From assembly GCA_041592255.1 (NCBI GenBank), contig JBFHQK010000001.1, positions 1-43,318 on the forward strand: 43,318 nucleotides of DNA, in the 5' to 3' direction. The translations under genes and the position numbers were made by a program. The notes beneath the pieces are model-generated. The model did not search any database and had not been told where the DNA came from. It saw only the letters and a program-made list of their open reading frames with translations. This DNA is from Fontimonas sp. (GTDB taxonomy: Bacteria > Pseudomonadota > Gammaproteobacteria > Nevskiales > Nevskiaceae). Below are positions 1-10,202 of the stretch, one piece after another (positions within the stretch are counted from its first letter, which is position 1; each line of letters starts with the position of its first letter).

Positions 1-384
1 CGCATGCAGAAACGACAGCGCCGCGCGTGCCACATGCGCGCCCGCGGTCGCCTCGTTGCGCCAGGCAAACGCATGCACGCCGTACTGCATCCCGAGCTGC
101 ATCACCCGATGATAGGCGGGATGGAATTCGACCTCGTCGATCCGATGTCCGTAGCGGTCGAAGGCCCGCAGCCTGGGCCGGTTCTCGTTGGCGGTGTAGC
201 CCAGCTCCATCAGTTCGCCGCCGGCGACCGCACCAAACGCCGACAGATGCGCCTCGGCCCAGCCGCCGCCTTCGCGCTGCACCGCCTCGCGCAAGGCCGT
301 ATCCGTCTGCCAGGCGTTGTAGCGGCCCAGTACCGGGACCTGGTTTTCGACACTGTGGGTGATGAACCGTTCGGCGACACTCAT
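1..384 (-). CDS. aidB: AidB-like acyl-CoA dehydrogenase, 5' part (runs off the window edge)
   Basis: Absent from the ORF track; translated by hand from the ATG at 384 (ATGA overlap with the MMPL stop): MSVAERFITHSVENQVPVLGRYNAWQTDTALREAVQREGGGWAEAHLSAFGAVAGGELMELGYTANENRPRLRAFDRYGHRIDEVEFHPAYHRVMQLG..., matching the AidB N-terminal signature (TH.V.NQ; DRYG.RIDEVEFHPAYH). Confidence 0.85.
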   Translation of the reverse strand, partial: MSVAERFITHSVENQVPVLGRYNAWQTDTALREAVQREGGGWAEAHLSAFGAVAGGELMELGYTANENRPRLRAFDRYGHRIDEVEFHPAYHRVMQLGMQYGVHAFAWRNEATAGAHVARAALSFLHA

Positions 385-2714
385 GACTGCACTCCGTCAA
401 CCACCTTGCGTGCATCGTCGCGCGCGGGCGCGTCGCGGTCAAAGCGCATCAGGAATCCGGGCAGGAACAGCAGGTCAAACAGCAGCGCGATGCCGACCAC
501 CATCGCAGTCATCAGCCCCATCGTTCCGTTCACCTTGAAATCGGACTGCGCCAGGATCAGGAAGCCCAGCGTCAGCGCCGTCGTCGTCACCAGCAGGGCG
601 GCGCCCACGGTCGAGAACGCGTAGCGCACCGCCGCGGGCGTGGTGCCGTTCTGGCTGCGGCGCGCATACAGATACTTGCTGAAGAAGTGGATGGTGTTGT
701 CGACGACGATGCCCAGCGTGATCGAAAACACGCCCGCGGCGGCCAGGTTGATCTGACCGTCAATGAGGCTCCAGACGCCGAACGTGATCGCCGCCGGGAA
801 CGCATTGGGCAGCAGCGACATCAAGCCGAACTTGACCGAGCGCAGGGCCACGATCAGCGTCAGCGCGATCAGCACCACCGCGATGATCGAGCCCTTGAGC
901 ATGCTGTAGATGTTGTTCTGGCCGATGTGCGCAAACATCACGCTCAGGCTCGAGCCGTGCGCATTGAACTCCGGCGCATTCTGCGCCAGCCAGTCGGCGG
1001 CACGCCGCTCGAATTCGATCAGTTCGCGCGACGCCAGATCCGACACGCTCACCGACAGTCGCGTCGCCGACTTGTCGAAGTTGATCGAATCATTGAGATC
1101 GAGCCCCTGCGGCAGCGACAGTTCGTACAACAGCACGTACTGCGCGATCAGCTCGCGATCGTCCGGAATGCGGTAGTACGCCGGGTCGTCGCCGTGCAGA
1201 TTGCGATTCAGGCGCTTGACCACGTCGACAAAGCTGTTGACATGCGTGGCCTCGGGCTGCTGCTCCAGCCACGACTTGAAGGCATCGACCTTTTTCAGAT
1301 AGCCGGGCTCGTTGATGCCGCTGGGGCCGCCGGCGTCCAGCGAATACGCAATGCTGTCGATGCCGGTGAGATTGTCCTCGACGAACTCGAACGCCTTGCG
1401 CACCTCAAGCTCGTGGCCGAAGTATTCGACGGTGTCGTCATTGAGCTCGTTGCGCGGCATCAGCGCCATGGCCGCGACCGCCACCGCCGCGGCAGCGAGG
1501 AAGTAGGCGCGGTGATGCGCAAGAATCCGGTCGGCCAGACCCGCGAGGTTGAACTGCTGGAAGCGCGTCTGCGCCGACGCCCGCACCGGCAGCCACGCCA
1601 TCAGCGCTGGCAGCATCGCCAGCGTGAACAGCATCGCCCCGAACACGCCCAGGCCGACGACGGTGCCCAGTTCGCGAAACGGCGGCGAGTCGCTGGTGTT
1701 GAGCGCGAAAAAGCCGATCGACGTCGTCAGGCTGGTGAGAAACACCGGCACCAGGTTGATCTCGAGCGCATGGCGCATGGCCGCGAACCGATCCATGCCG
1801 CGGCGCAGATCGTTCAGATAGTGCACCAGCAGGTGCACGCAATCCGACACCGCGAGCGTGAGGATGATCACCGGCGCCGACACGTTGATCTGATTGACCT
1901 GCAGCCCGAGCCAGCCGAGCACGCCCACGGTGGCGACAATGCTGAACACAATCACGGCGCTGGTCGCCAGCACCGACCACAGCGAACGCAGGAACAGACC
2001 GATCAGCACGATGACCACGACGAACATCAGCGGCACCAGGCTGGCGGCATCGGCCTCGGCGATCTCGTTGAAGGCGTGGTTGACCACCACCTGCCCCATC
2101 AGATGGATCTTGAGGTGCGGGTAGCGCGCCTCAAACTCATCGCGCAGCTGCCGCGCGTAGTCCATCACCTCCTTGTTGACCGCGGTCGTCTCGCGGCTGT
2201 CGCCCGGCATTTCGAGGCGCACGTTGACCGACGAGACGTGGGCGCGCTCGGACAGCAACCCGCCGACCAGCGCCGGCTCGGCCAGCGCGGTACGCTCGAG
2301 CGCGGCGATCTGCGCATCGCTCAGCGCATCCGGGTCGGGCACCAGGTCGTTGACGATGAGGTCGTCGCCCACGGCCACCGAGTGCTGGAAGTTGGTGATC
2401 GAGTCGACGCGGATCGAGCGCGGCACGGTCCAGCCGGCCGCGGTCAGCTCGCGCAGCGCGCGCAGCGTATCGCGGGAAAACACGCGGCCGTCGCGAGGCG
2501 CGACAATGAACGCGACGTTATCGGCCTTGGTGTAGGCGTTCTCGATCGCGTCGTGCGCGATCAGGTAGGGATCGTCGGCCGAGAAGAAAATCCGGTAGCT
2601 GCTTTCGAACCACAGGTCGCGGGCGCCCAGTCCCAGCCCCAGCAGCACCAGCACCGATGCGACGAACAGCCCGCTGCGATACCGCACCAGAAATGCGGCA
2701 ACTCTTGCTTCCAT
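381..2714 (-). CDS. MMPL/RND-superfamily membrane exporter
   Basis: 777 aa with two repeats of TM + periplasmic domain + TM bundle; motifs LAVSDCVH and LGIVVDNTIH; TSLTTSIGF. Confidence 0.9.
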   Translation of the reverse strand: MEARVAAFLVRYRSGLFVASVLVLLGLGLGARDLWFESSYRIFFSADDPYLIAHDAIENAYTKADNVAFIVAPRDGRVFSRDTLRALRELTAAGWTVPRSIRVDSITNFQHSVAVGDDLIVNDLVPDPDALSDAQIAALERTALAEPALVGGLLSERAHVSSVNVRLEMPGDSRETTAVNKEVMDYARQLRDEFEARYPHLKIHLMGQVVVNHAFNEIAEADAASLVPLMFVVVIVLIGLFLRSLWSVLATSAVIVFSIVATVGVLGWLGLQVNQINVSAPVIILTLAVSDCVHLLVHYLNDLRRGMDRFAAMRHALEINLVPVFLTSLTTSIGFFALNTSDSPPFRELGTVVGLGVFGAMLFTLAMLPALMAWLPVRASAQTRFQQFNLAGLADRILAHHRAYFLAAAAVAVAAMALMPRNELNDDTVEYFGHELEVRKAFEFVEDNLTGIDSIAYSLDAGGPSGINEPGYLKKVDAFKSWLEQQPEATHVNSFVDVVKRLNRNLHGDDPAYYRIPDDRELIAQYVLLYELSLPQGLDLNDSINFDKSATRLSVSVSDLASRELIEFERRAADWLAQNAPEFNAHGSSLSVMFAHIGQNNIYSMLKGSIIAVVLIALTLIVALRSVKFGLMSLLPNAFPAAITFGVWSLIDGQINLAAAGVFSITLGIVVDNTIHFFSKYLYARRSQNGTTPAAVRYAFSTVGAALLVTTTALTLGFLILAQSDFKVNGTMGLMTAMVVGIALLFDLLFLPGFLMRFDRDAPARDDARKVVDGVQS

Positions 2715-2745
2715 ATCCCCGATTTCCCCCGCGATGGCGGCATTA

Positions 2746-2763
2746 ACGTACTAATTGGTATGT
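2746..2763. promoter_or_regulatory. AT-rich imperfect palindrome upstream of the MMPL gene; candidate TetR-type operator over the promoter
   Basis: ACGTACTAATTGGTATGT, 14 of 18 positions self-complementary, about 30 nt upstream of the ATG at 2714. Confidence 0.5.
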
Positions 2764-2808
2764 AGTCTCGCACATGGGCCGCGCGGGCGCAGGCAGCCGC
2801 CGTCAGAT

Positions 2809-3756
2809 TCACAGCCGCAGCCGCGACTCCCAGTGCATCGTCGCGCGCCGGCTGCCGCTGCCGTCGCGGGCGGCCGACTGCAGCCGCTGCAGATTTTCCT
2901 GGGCCACCGCGTAGTAGCTCGGCGACAGCGCCACCGCACGCTCCAGGTAGCGCCGCGCCTCCTCGTAGTTGCCCTCGAGATAAAGCAGGTAGCCGACGTT
3001 GTTGTAGGCCTGGTGCGGCGGCAGCGTTTCGGCAAACGCCTCGACACTGCCGGCATAGTCACCCAGGCGCAGGCGCACCAGCGCGAGATTGGCCCACGCC
3101 AGCGCGTAGTTGGGGTCGTGGCGCAGCGCCTGATGGTAGGCCGCCTCGGCCAGCCGATACTGCCCGTCGAGGTAGCGCGAGTAGCCGAGGTTGTTATGCA
3201 GGGCGGCGTTGCCCGGCTGCAGTTCGATGGCCGCCGTGTAATGCGCGATGGCGTCCTGCGGCCGTTGTTCGAGATCGGCGATCACGCCCAGGCCGTTGTG
3301 CGCGCGCCAGCGCAGCGCATCGACCGCGATCGCCCGCTGCAGGTGGCGTTGCGCGGCGTCATACTGCGTCTCGCGCAGCAGAATCAGCCCCAGCCCCTCG
3401 TTGGCCGCGGCGTGCTCCGGCAGCACCGCCAGCGCATCGGTGTAGGCCTGGCGCGCACCGGTGAAGTCGCGCTGGGTCTCGTAGAGCGCGCCGATGCGGT
3501 AGCGCGCCTCGGCGTTGGCCGGGTCGAGCTGCGCCGCGCCCGCGTATTCGATCATCGCGCGGCTGGCATCACCGGACCGCAGCGCTGCATCACCGCGCGC
3601 CAGCGCCTGGCGCGCCGCGGCCGGGTCCGCCGGCGACGCGCCCGGCTTGCCGGAGCGGGTCTGCAGCGTTCCGCAGCCGCCCAGCAGCAGCGCCGTGAGC
3701 ACGGCAACGCCCAGCTGCCACCTTAAGCGACGTCCGCAACCGACTGACCGGATCAT
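2809..3756 (-). CDS. tadD: Tad pilus TPR lipoprotein (TadD-like pilotin)
   Basis: Lipobox LLGGC, multiple TPR repeats (AHNGLGVIAD, LHNNLGYSRY, AYNNVGYLLY); last gene of the tad operon. Confidence 0.85.
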   Translation of the reverse strand: MIRSVGCGRRLRWQLGVAVLTALLLGGCGTLQTRSGKPGASPADPAAARQALARGDAALRSGDASRAMIEYAGAAQLDPANAEARYRIGALYETQRDFTGARQAYTDALAVLPEHAAANEGLGLILLRETQYDAAQRHLQRAIAVDALRWRAHNGLGVIADLEQRPQDAIAHYTAAIELQPGNAALHNNLGYSRYLDGQYRLAEAAYHQALRHDPNYALAWANLALVRLRLGDYAGSVEAFAETLPPHQAYNNVGYLLYLEGNYEEARRYLERAVALSPSYYAVAQENLQRLQSAARDGSGSRRATMHWESRLRL

Positions 3757-3772
3757 GGTGCGCTCCCGCGAC

Positions 3773-4726
3773 TCAGAAATTGGATGCCTGCATCGCGCGG
3801 ATCACGCCGACCACGGCGGGCCCGACCGAGACGACGAAAAACGCGGGGAAAATGCAGAAGCACAATGGGAAGATCAGCTTGGTCCCGACCAGTGCTGCCT
3901 GCTCCTCGGCCTTCTGCATGCGCTTGTCGCGGAACTCGTCGGCATAGATGCGCAGAATCTCGGCGATCGGCGTGCCGAAGCGCAGGCTCTGGGCCAGCAG
4001 CGACACCAGGCCGCGAATCTCGTCCAGACCGGTGCGCTGCACCATGTTCTTCAGCGAAACGATGCGGTCGACGCCGCCGCGGATCTCGGCGTTGACCTGC
4101 TCGAGCTCGCGCGCCAGCAGCGGACTGCTGATGGACATCTGGCGCGCGACGCGCTGCAGCGCGCCATTGAGCCCCAGACCGGCTTCGGTGCAGGACACCA
4201 GAAGGTCGAGTGCATCGGGCAGGGCATTGAGCAGCTCGCGCTGGCGCGTGGCGATGCGCCAGTTGAGGTAGAGGTCCGGCAGCACCATGCCGATGAAGGC
4301 GGAAAGGAATCCGAAGAAGGGCAGGAACACCATCCGCACCGGCGCCACCCAGATCAGCCAGCTGACCACCGCAAGCGGAAACACGACAATCAGCAGGATC
4401 TTGAGCGCGTACAGATTGATCGCCGCCGCATCGGACGTCAGGCCGGCGCGGATCAGCTTGACGCGCAGCGAGGCGCGCTCCTTTTCGCGCTTCGGCAGAA
4501 TGTAGGGCGCAAACGGACGCAGCGCGCTGCCGAAACTGCCTTTTCCGTCGACCACCGGTGCTGCCTCGTGCCTGCCGAGTTGCGCGACGCGGCGGCGCAG
4601 CGGGTCGACGCGCGAACCCGCGAAACTCAGTCCGGCGTAGACCACGAACATCACAGCGCCGCCGATCACGGCGGCGAGCACGCCCAGATAAAGCGGAGTC
4701 TCGAGCATGGCGTACAGCGTGTTCAT
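3773..4726 (-). CDS. tadC: Tad pilus inner-membrane platform protein TadC (T2SS F family)
   Basis: LPDALDLLVSCTEAGLGL, RMQKAEEQAA..TKLIFPL motifs. Confidence 0.93.
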   Translation of the reverse strand: MNTLYAMLETPLYLGVLAAVIGGAVMFVVYAGLSFAGSRVDPLRRRVAQLGRHEAAPVVDGKGSFGSALRPFAPYILPKREKERASLRVKLIRAGLTSDAAAINLYALKILLIVVFPLAVVSWLIWVAPVRMVFLPFFGFLSAFIGMVLPDLYLNWRIATRQRELLNALPDALDLLVSCTEAGLGLNGALQRVARQMSISSPLLARELEQVNAEIRGGVDRIVSLKNMVQRTGLDEIRGLVSLLAQSLRFGTPIAEILRIYADEFRDKRMQKAEEQAALVGTKLIFPLCFCIFPAFFVVSVGPAVVGVIRAMQASNF

Positions 4727-4750
4727 GCGGCCTCCTCGTGTCTGCGCGGA

Positions 4751-5713
4751 TCAGTAGCGGATGCGAATGACGCGCCGGATCCAGATCACACCCAGTCCCA
4801 TTGCAACCAGCGCCACGGCGATGAGCTTGAGCCCGACCGTGTCCTCGATCAGCATCGGCAGGTAGCTGGGGGTGGAAATCGCCAGCACGCCCGCCAGCAC
4901 GAATGGCATCAACACCAGTACCCATGCCGACATGCGGCCCTCTGCCGTCAGGGTGCGCAGGCGACGCTTGAAGCGGTGCCGCTGGCGCAGGTTCTGGGCG
5001 ACACGATCGAGGATCTCGGCGAGGTTGCCGCCGGTGTCGCGCTGCACCAGCACGGCGGTGACCAGCGCCGCCAGGCTGATGTTGGGCACCCGCTCGAGCG
5101 CGGCGAGAAAGGCGGACTTCACGTTCACGCCGTAGTTGATGTCGGAAAAGATCACGCCGAACTCGGTGGCGACCGGATCGGACATCTCCTGGGCCACCAC
5201 CTTGAGCGTCTCCGCAAACGGATTGCCGGCGCGCAGCGCACGGCTCATGACGTCGAGCGCATCGGGCAGGTCCTCCTCGAACTTGTCGATGCGCGCATTC
5301 CGGTCCCTGACCAGCTTCGCGTACGGCAGCGGCAGCACCAGCAGAAAAATCAGCGGCGCCAGGCCGCCGCGGCCCAGCGCCGCGACCAGCAGCGCGGCGC
5401 CACAGGACAGCGCCAGCGACAGCGCCACCACCTGATAGGCGGGCACGCGGCGCCCGCTCTGCTCGCACAGCCGCTCGATGTGGCGCATGCCCGGCAGCGA
5501 CTCCAGCCAGTGCTCCAGCGGCGTCAGATCCTGCAGATACTGCTCGCGCAGCATCGACACCGGTTCGTCGGTGTCGCTGGCGCCACTGACGCGCAACACG
5601 CGCTCGCGCAACCGGGCATCGTTGCCGCGCATCAGCAGCGCCACCCCGCCGAGCACCGCGACAAAGACGGTGACGAAGGCCAGCGCGGCGAGTATCCACT
5701 CGTAGCTGTTCAC
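4751..5713 (-). CDS. tadB: Tad pilus inner-membrane protein TadB
   Basis: LPDALDVMSRALRAG, VQRDTGGNLAEILD, LTAEGRMSAWVL; GTG start with GAGG SD. Confidence 0.93.
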   Translation of the reverse strand: MNSYEWILAALAFVTVFVAVLGGVALLMRGNDARLRERVLRVSGASDTDEPVSMLREQYLQDLTPLEHWLESLPGMRHIERLCEQSGRRVPAYQVVALSLALSCGAALLVAALGRGGLAPLIFLLVLPLPYAKLVRDRNARIDKFEEDLPDALDVMSRALRAGNPFAETLKVVAQEMSDPVATEFGVIFSDINYGVNVKSAFLAALERVPNISLAALVTAVLVQRDTGGNLAEILDRVAQNLRQRHRFKRRLRTLTAEGRMSAWVLVLMPFVLAGVLAISTPSYLPMLIEDTVGLKLIAVALVAMGLGVIWIRRVIRIRY

Positions 5714-5722
5714 GGCTTCACC

Positions 5723-7090
5723 TCAGAGCGCCCGGTTGGGGTCGAACACGGCCAGATCCAGCTCGATGCCGCGGCGCTGCAGGTGATCGCGGAAGTTCGG
5801 CACAATGCCGGTCGCGCAGTACTGGCCGATCACCTGTCCCTGGGCGTCGATGCCCTGGCGATCGAAACGGAAGATCTCGGCCATGGTCACGATCTCGCCC
5901 TCCATGCCCTGGATCTCCTGCACGCTGACCAGGCGCCGCTTGCCGTCCTCCATGCGCTCCATCTGCACCACCACGTCGATCGCCGAGGCGATCTGCGAAC
6001 GCACGGTTCGCGTCGGCAGGTCGACGCCGGCCATCGCCACCATGTTCTCGATGCGGGACAGCGCGTCGCGCGGCGTGTTGGCATGAATCGTCGTCAGCGA
6101 CCCGTCGTGCCCGGTGTTCATCGCCTGCAGCATGTCCAGCGCCTCGCTGCCGCGCACCTCGCCGACGATGATGCGGTCCGGGCGCATGCGCAGTGCGTTG
6201 CGCACCAGATCGCGCTGCGTGACCTGGCCACGTCCCTCGATGTTGGGCGGTCGCGTCTCCAGCCGGCCGACGTGCGGCTGACGCAGCTGCAGCTCGGCCG
6301 AGTCCTCGATCGTCAGAATGCGCTCGTGCGCCGGGATGAATCCGGACAGCACATTGAGCAGCGTCGTCTTGCCGGTGCCGGTGCCGCCGGAGACCAGCAC
6401 GTTGAGCCGCCCGCGCACCACCGCGTGCAGCACGTCCGCGATCGACTGCGTCAGCGAGCCGACGCGGACGAAGTCGTCCATGGTCATGCGGTCACGCGCA
6501 AAGCGCCGGATCGACAGCATCGCGCCGTCGAGCGCCAGCGGCGGGATGATCGCGTTCACGCGCGAGCCGTCGGGCAGACGTGCATCCACCATCGGCGAGG
6601 ACTCGTCGACGCGACGGCCGACGCGGGTGACGATGCGGTCGATGATCACCATCAGGTGGCCCTCGTCGCGAAAGCGCACGTTGACCTGTTCGAGGCGCCC
6701 ACCGCGCTCGACGTAGACGTTTGATGGCCCGTTCACGAGGATGTCGGACACCGCCGGATCGGCGAGCAGCGGCTCCAGCGGCCCCAGCCCGAGAATCTCG
6801 TCCTCGACACGGCGCGCCAGCAGCTGGCGTGTGGCCGCCGACAACGGCACTGACTGATCATTCATCAGCCGCAGCGACTGCTCGCGGATCTCGCGGCGCG
6901 CGCTCGCCTCATCCATGTGACCGAGCCGCGCCAGATCGAGCTGCTGCAGCAGGCCCTGGTGGATCCGCTGCAGCCAGTCGTCCTCGAGCGGCGTCGGCGA
7001 CCAGACCTCGGCGGGCGGCGGCGTGGCGGGAGCGGTGGGGGTCGTCACGTCGCGGCGCGGCGGGGTGCGTGGGGTGCGCAGGCCGAACAC
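5723..7090 (-). CDS. tadA: Tad pilus assembly ATPase TadA/CpaF
   Basis: Walker [49 protein letters not shown]. Confidence 0.96.
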   Translation of the reverse strand: MFGLRTPRTPPRRDVTTPTAPATPPPAEVWSPTPLEDDWLQRIHQGLLQQLDLARLGHMDEASARREIREQSLRLMNDQSVPLSAATRQLLARRVEDEILGLGPLEPLLADPAVSDILVNGPSNVYVERGGRLEQVNVRFRDEGHLMVIIDRIVTRVGRRVDESSPMVDARLPDGSRVNAIIPPLALDGAMLSIRRFARDRMTMDDFVRVGSLTQSIADVLHAVVRGRLNVLVSGGTGTGKTTLLNVLSGFIPAHERILTIEDSAELQLRQPHVGRLETRPPNIEGRGQVTQRDLVRNALRMRPDRIIVGEVRGSEALDMLQAMNTGHDGSLTTIHANTPRDALSRIENMVAMAGVDLPTRTVRSQIASAIDVVVQMERMEDGKRRLVSVQEIQGMEGEIVTMAEIFRFDRQGIDAQGQVIGQYCATGIVPNFRDHLQRRGIELDLAVFDPNRAL

Positions 7091-7093
7091 CGG

Positions 7094-8266
7094 CTATTTC
7101 CCGAAACCGAGCACGCGCTGCAGCATGCCGCGTGCGGGCTTGTCCCGTGGCGGCGGCGCCTGCTCGCCGGCGTCCAGACGCTCGGCGATCGTGCACAGCG
7201 CCTTGGTGACCGGCGCGTTGCGCGCACCGTCGTACACCGGAATGCCCAGATTGAGTGCCTCGGTCACGTGCGCGAAGTCATTCGAGACCAGCAGCAGGTC
7301 GGCCGGACGCACCGCCTCGACGAAGTCGTCCGCACTGATTGAGTGCCGCTCGTGATGGCGGTTGATCACCAGCGAGATGCGTTCGGCGGGCACGCCGACG
7401 TAGCCCTGCAGCAGACCGAACATGCGCTTGGTGTCGCGCAGGTGCGAAAAACTCTGCTGCGTCACCACCAGCACGCGGTCGGCGCTGGCCAGGACCAGGC
7501 CGGTCAGGTTGTCGATCTGCCGCGGCAGATCAACCACCACATGCTCGTAAACCTGCAGCGCAACGGCGAGCAGCCGCTGCACCGCTTCGACCGAGACTTC
7601 GGCCGGAATGATCAGCTGCTCGGACATCGCCCCCAGCACGTGCAATCCGCTCTTGTGCTTGGTCATGTAACCCTTCAGCGCCACCGGATCGAGATGCTCG
7701 GCGCCACCCAGCGCCTCGAGCAGCGTGTCGCGGGTGTTGAGGTCGAGCGCCAGCGGCAGCGCGCCGAACTGGAGATCCATGTCCAGCAGCGCGGTTTCGC
7801 GGCCCAGATGAGCCGCCAGGATATGCGCGAGGTTGCAGGCGATAAAGGAGCCGCCGGAGCCGCCCTTGGCGGTGATCACCGCCGTCAGGCGTCCGCGGCG
7901 CTCTCCTGGCGCCGCGCGCGGCAGCTCCTGGAGGATGCGCCGGACCGACTCCTGCAGTTGTTCGGCCGCCACCGGCTGGCCGAGAAAATCGCGCGCACCG
8001 GCCTGCATCGCGCGCCGCATCAGCTGCGCATCGTTGCCGGGTCCGATGACGATCAGCGGCAGCGCCGAGGCCTTGGCGCTCCAGGTGTCGAGGGCGTCGG
8101 CACCCAGCGTCCCCAGGTCCAGCACGACGAGCTCGGCGCGCGGCGCCGTGCCGGCACCCAGCACCAGCGTGCTCAGCTCGACGCCGGCGTTCTGGAGAAG
8201 ACCCTGCAGCTGGTCGCAGCCGGCCTGCGTGGGCGCGACGACGAGGACCGCATTGTTGAGACCCAT
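7094..8266 (-). CDS. cpaE: CpaE/TadZ (receiver-like domain + MinD/ParA-like ATPase)
   Basis: AMQAGARDFL receiver end, deviant Walker A KGGSGGS, LLDMDLQFG, VVVDLP. Start re-picked to the ATG at 8266 (GGAGG SD); the track starts at 8296. Confidence 0.88.
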   Translation of the reverse strand: MGLNNAVLVVAPTQAGCDQLQGLLQNAGVELSTLVLGAGTAPRAELVVLDLGTLGADALDTWSAKASALPLIVIGPGNDAQLMRRAMQAGARDFLGQPVAAEQLQESVRRILQELPRAAPGERRGRLTAVITAKGGSGGSFIACNLAHILAAHLGRETALLDMDLQFGALPLALDLNTRDTLLEALGGAEHLDPVALKGYMTKHKSGLHVLGAMSEQLIIPAEVSVEAVQRLLAVALQVYEHVVVDLPRQIDNLTGLVLASADRVLVVTQQSFSHLRDTKRMFGLLQGYVGVPAERISLVINRHHERHSISADDFVEAVRPADLLLVSNDFAHVTEALNLGIPVYDGARNAPVTKALCTIAERLDAGEQAPPPRDKPARGMLQRVLGFGK

Positions 8267-8292
8267 GGGGACAGTGCCTCCGAAGACCGCGA

Positions 8293-8574
8293 TCAAGGTG
8301 CAACGTCGATGCGCAGCGTCTTGTCGACGTCGTCGGGATCACCCACGCGCTCGCGATAAACCTTGAGCACCGCTTCGCCCTGCACACCGTCGAGCCCGCG
8401 CGGCGGCTCGGTGGCGGCAGCCTTGGCCGCGTCGGGGTTGTAGATCTGCGCGCCGATCATCTGGCGCACCGAGTTGCCGAAATCCTCCTCGACGCGCACC
8501 GCATCGCCCGCAGTGGTCGAGCACCCCGTGAGCAGAGCCATCGGGACCCACAGCATGAGCCTTAGCGCCTTCAT
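8293..8574 (-). CDS. Small Tad-associated lipoprotein
   Basis: Lipobox LLTGC; FGNSVRQMIGAQIYNPDA and GLDG motifs of the small lipoproteins found after Tad secretins; ATGA overlap with the secretin stop. Confidence 0.75.
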   Translation of the reverse strand: MKALRLMLWVPMALLTGCSTTAGDAVRVEEDFGNSVRQMIGAQIYNPDAAKAAATEPPRGLDGVQGEAVLKVYRERVGDPDDVDKTLRIDVAP

Positions 8575-10184
8575 TGTCTCGCTCCGTAGACATCGTGGCC
8601 AAACCGCACCCCTTCCGCGCCGCCCTTGCCGCTGTGCGGCCGCGGACCCGACACCGCGCGCTTGGACTCCAGCCGGCCCATCAGGTAGAACTCGCGGTCC
8701 GTCGGCGCGACGAAGCTGTCGGTCGGCAGGCGGATCTGATCGGCGGCGATCGGGCGCGCCAGATAGGGCGTGACAAAGATCACCAGTTCGGTTTGGCCGG
8801 AGCGATACTCCTGACTGCGGAACAACGCGCCCAGACCCGGGATGTCGCCCAGGCCCGGCAGCTTGTCGACGAATTCGCGCACGTTGTCGCTGATCAGACC
8901 GGCGATGCCGATGGTCTGGCCGTCGCCCAGCTCGACGGTGCTGATCGCACTGCGCTTGGTCAGCGAGGGCACGAGGAAGGTCCGCGTCGAGCTGCCGGAG
9001 TTGAGTGCGACCGTGTTGTCCTGCGACAACTCGCTGACGTTGACGTTGAGCTTCAGATTGATCCGACCGGAATCCAGCACCACCGGCAGGAACTTGACGC
9101 CGACGCCGAACTCCTTGAATTCGATGGTGACGGTGCCGGTGCCGGTGCCCTGCGGCACCGGGATCGGAAACTCGCCGCCGGAGATGAACTCGGCCTGCTG
9201 GCCGTTGAGCGTCGTCAGCGTCGGCTCGGACAAAATCTTCGCCAGGCCCTTGCGACGCGAGATTTCCAGCACCGCCTGCAGGAACAGATCACCGCGCAGG
9301 TAGCTGAAGAATATGCCGCTGGCGTCGATGGCCGGCGTGGTCGGCGCGAACGCGTCCACCGCCGGACCGATCGGACCTGCGCTGCCATCGAGCGCGCCCA
9401 GCAGCGGCACCTGCTGCCCCTGCGAGGTCAGTGCGTCGGGAAAACTCGCCCCGCCCTGCACCGCGCCGGCGCCGCCGCGCCGGCCGAGACTGAACACGTT
9501 GAAATCGGCATCCATGCTCTTGAGCACCGTGCGCGCCATCTCGGCGACGGTGATCTTGAGCATGACCTGCTGCGCGCCGCCGACCTGCATCAGGTTGACG
9601 ACTTTGCCCTTGTCGCAGTCGCGACCCTCGCCGCTGCCGGGCAACGCGGTGATCGAGCGGTCGGTCTTCGGATCGCTGGTTTCGGCCTTGATGCATTCGG
9701 GGATGAAGCTTTCCGCCAGCACGATCGCCGCCTGCATGCGGCTCATGTTCGACACCTCGCCGCTGAGCACGATGTTCTCCTGCGCCGAGCGCACCTCGAT
9801 CGGCTCACCGGGCATCAGGCCGTGCAGCTTGGCCTTGAGCGTCGTCAGATCGTGCGTCACCTCGACGTCGTAGGACGCCAGCAGCTGCCCGCGCGAATCC
9901 CACATCACGATGTTGGTCGCGCCCAGCGCCTTGCCCACGACCTGGACCTGGCGCCCGCCGAGAATCACGACATCGGCGATGCCCGGATTGCCCACGGCGA
10001 TGCGCTTGGCCGTGCGCGCAGTCTGCAGCGTGATCGACTTGAACACCGGCACCGTCGTCGGCAGCTCACTGGTCGCGGCCCGCACCGGTGACGCGGCGAT
10101 GCCGGCGATCGCCACCGCGGCCACGGCGACAAGCCGCACCGCGCGCCGGACTGAGCAACGATTCTGGTTCTTGGTCTGTTGCAT
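8571..10184 (-). CDS. cpaC: Tad pilus secretin RcpA/CpaC
   Basis: Signal peptide, IAVGNPGIADV, QQVMLKITVAEM, LSEPTLTTLNGQQAEFISGGEFPIP, KLPGLGDIPGLGALFRS, ELVIFVTP. Confidence 0.95.
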   Translation of the reverse strand: MQQTKNQNRCSVRRAVRLVAVAAVAIAGIAASPVRAATSELPTTVPVFKSITLQTARTAKRIAVGNPGIADVVILGGRQVQVVGKALGATNIVMWDSRGQLLASYDVEVTHDLTTLKAKLHGLMPGEPIEVRSAQENIVLSGEVSNMSRMQAAIVLAESFIPECIKAETSDPKTDRSITALPGSGEGRDCDKGKVVNLMQVGGAQQVMLKITVAEMARTVLKSMDADFNVFSLGRRGGAGAVQGGASFPDALTSQGQQVPLLGALDGSAGPIGPAVDAFAPTTPAIDASGIFFSYLRGDLFLQAVLEISRRKGLAKILSEPTLTTLNGQQAEFISGGEFPIPVPQGTGTGTVTIEFKEFGVGVKFLPVVLDSGRINLKLNVNVSELSQDNTVALNSGSSTRTFLVPSLTKRSAISTVELGDGQTIGIAGLISDNVREFVDKLPGLGDIPGLGALFRSQEYRSGQTELVIFVTPYLARPIAADQIRLPTDSFVAPTDREFYLMGRLESKRAVSGPRPHSGKGGAEGVRFGHDVYGARQ

Positions 10185-10202
10185 GGGATTCCTCCGGCGG
10201 GA

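Noticed and set aside
3515-6724. 1069-aa plus-strand ORF, and similar long ORFs at 687-2765, 8574-10091, 26187-28358, 33401-35971 and 37673-39487
   Set aside because: Antisense or off-frame shadows of well-supported genes, expected at this GC content; no recognisable motifs.
7848-7870. Degenerate Walker A (KGGSGGS) in CpaE as a sign of pseudogenisation
   Set aside because: Deviant P-loops are normal in the TadZ/CpaE family and the ORF is intact.
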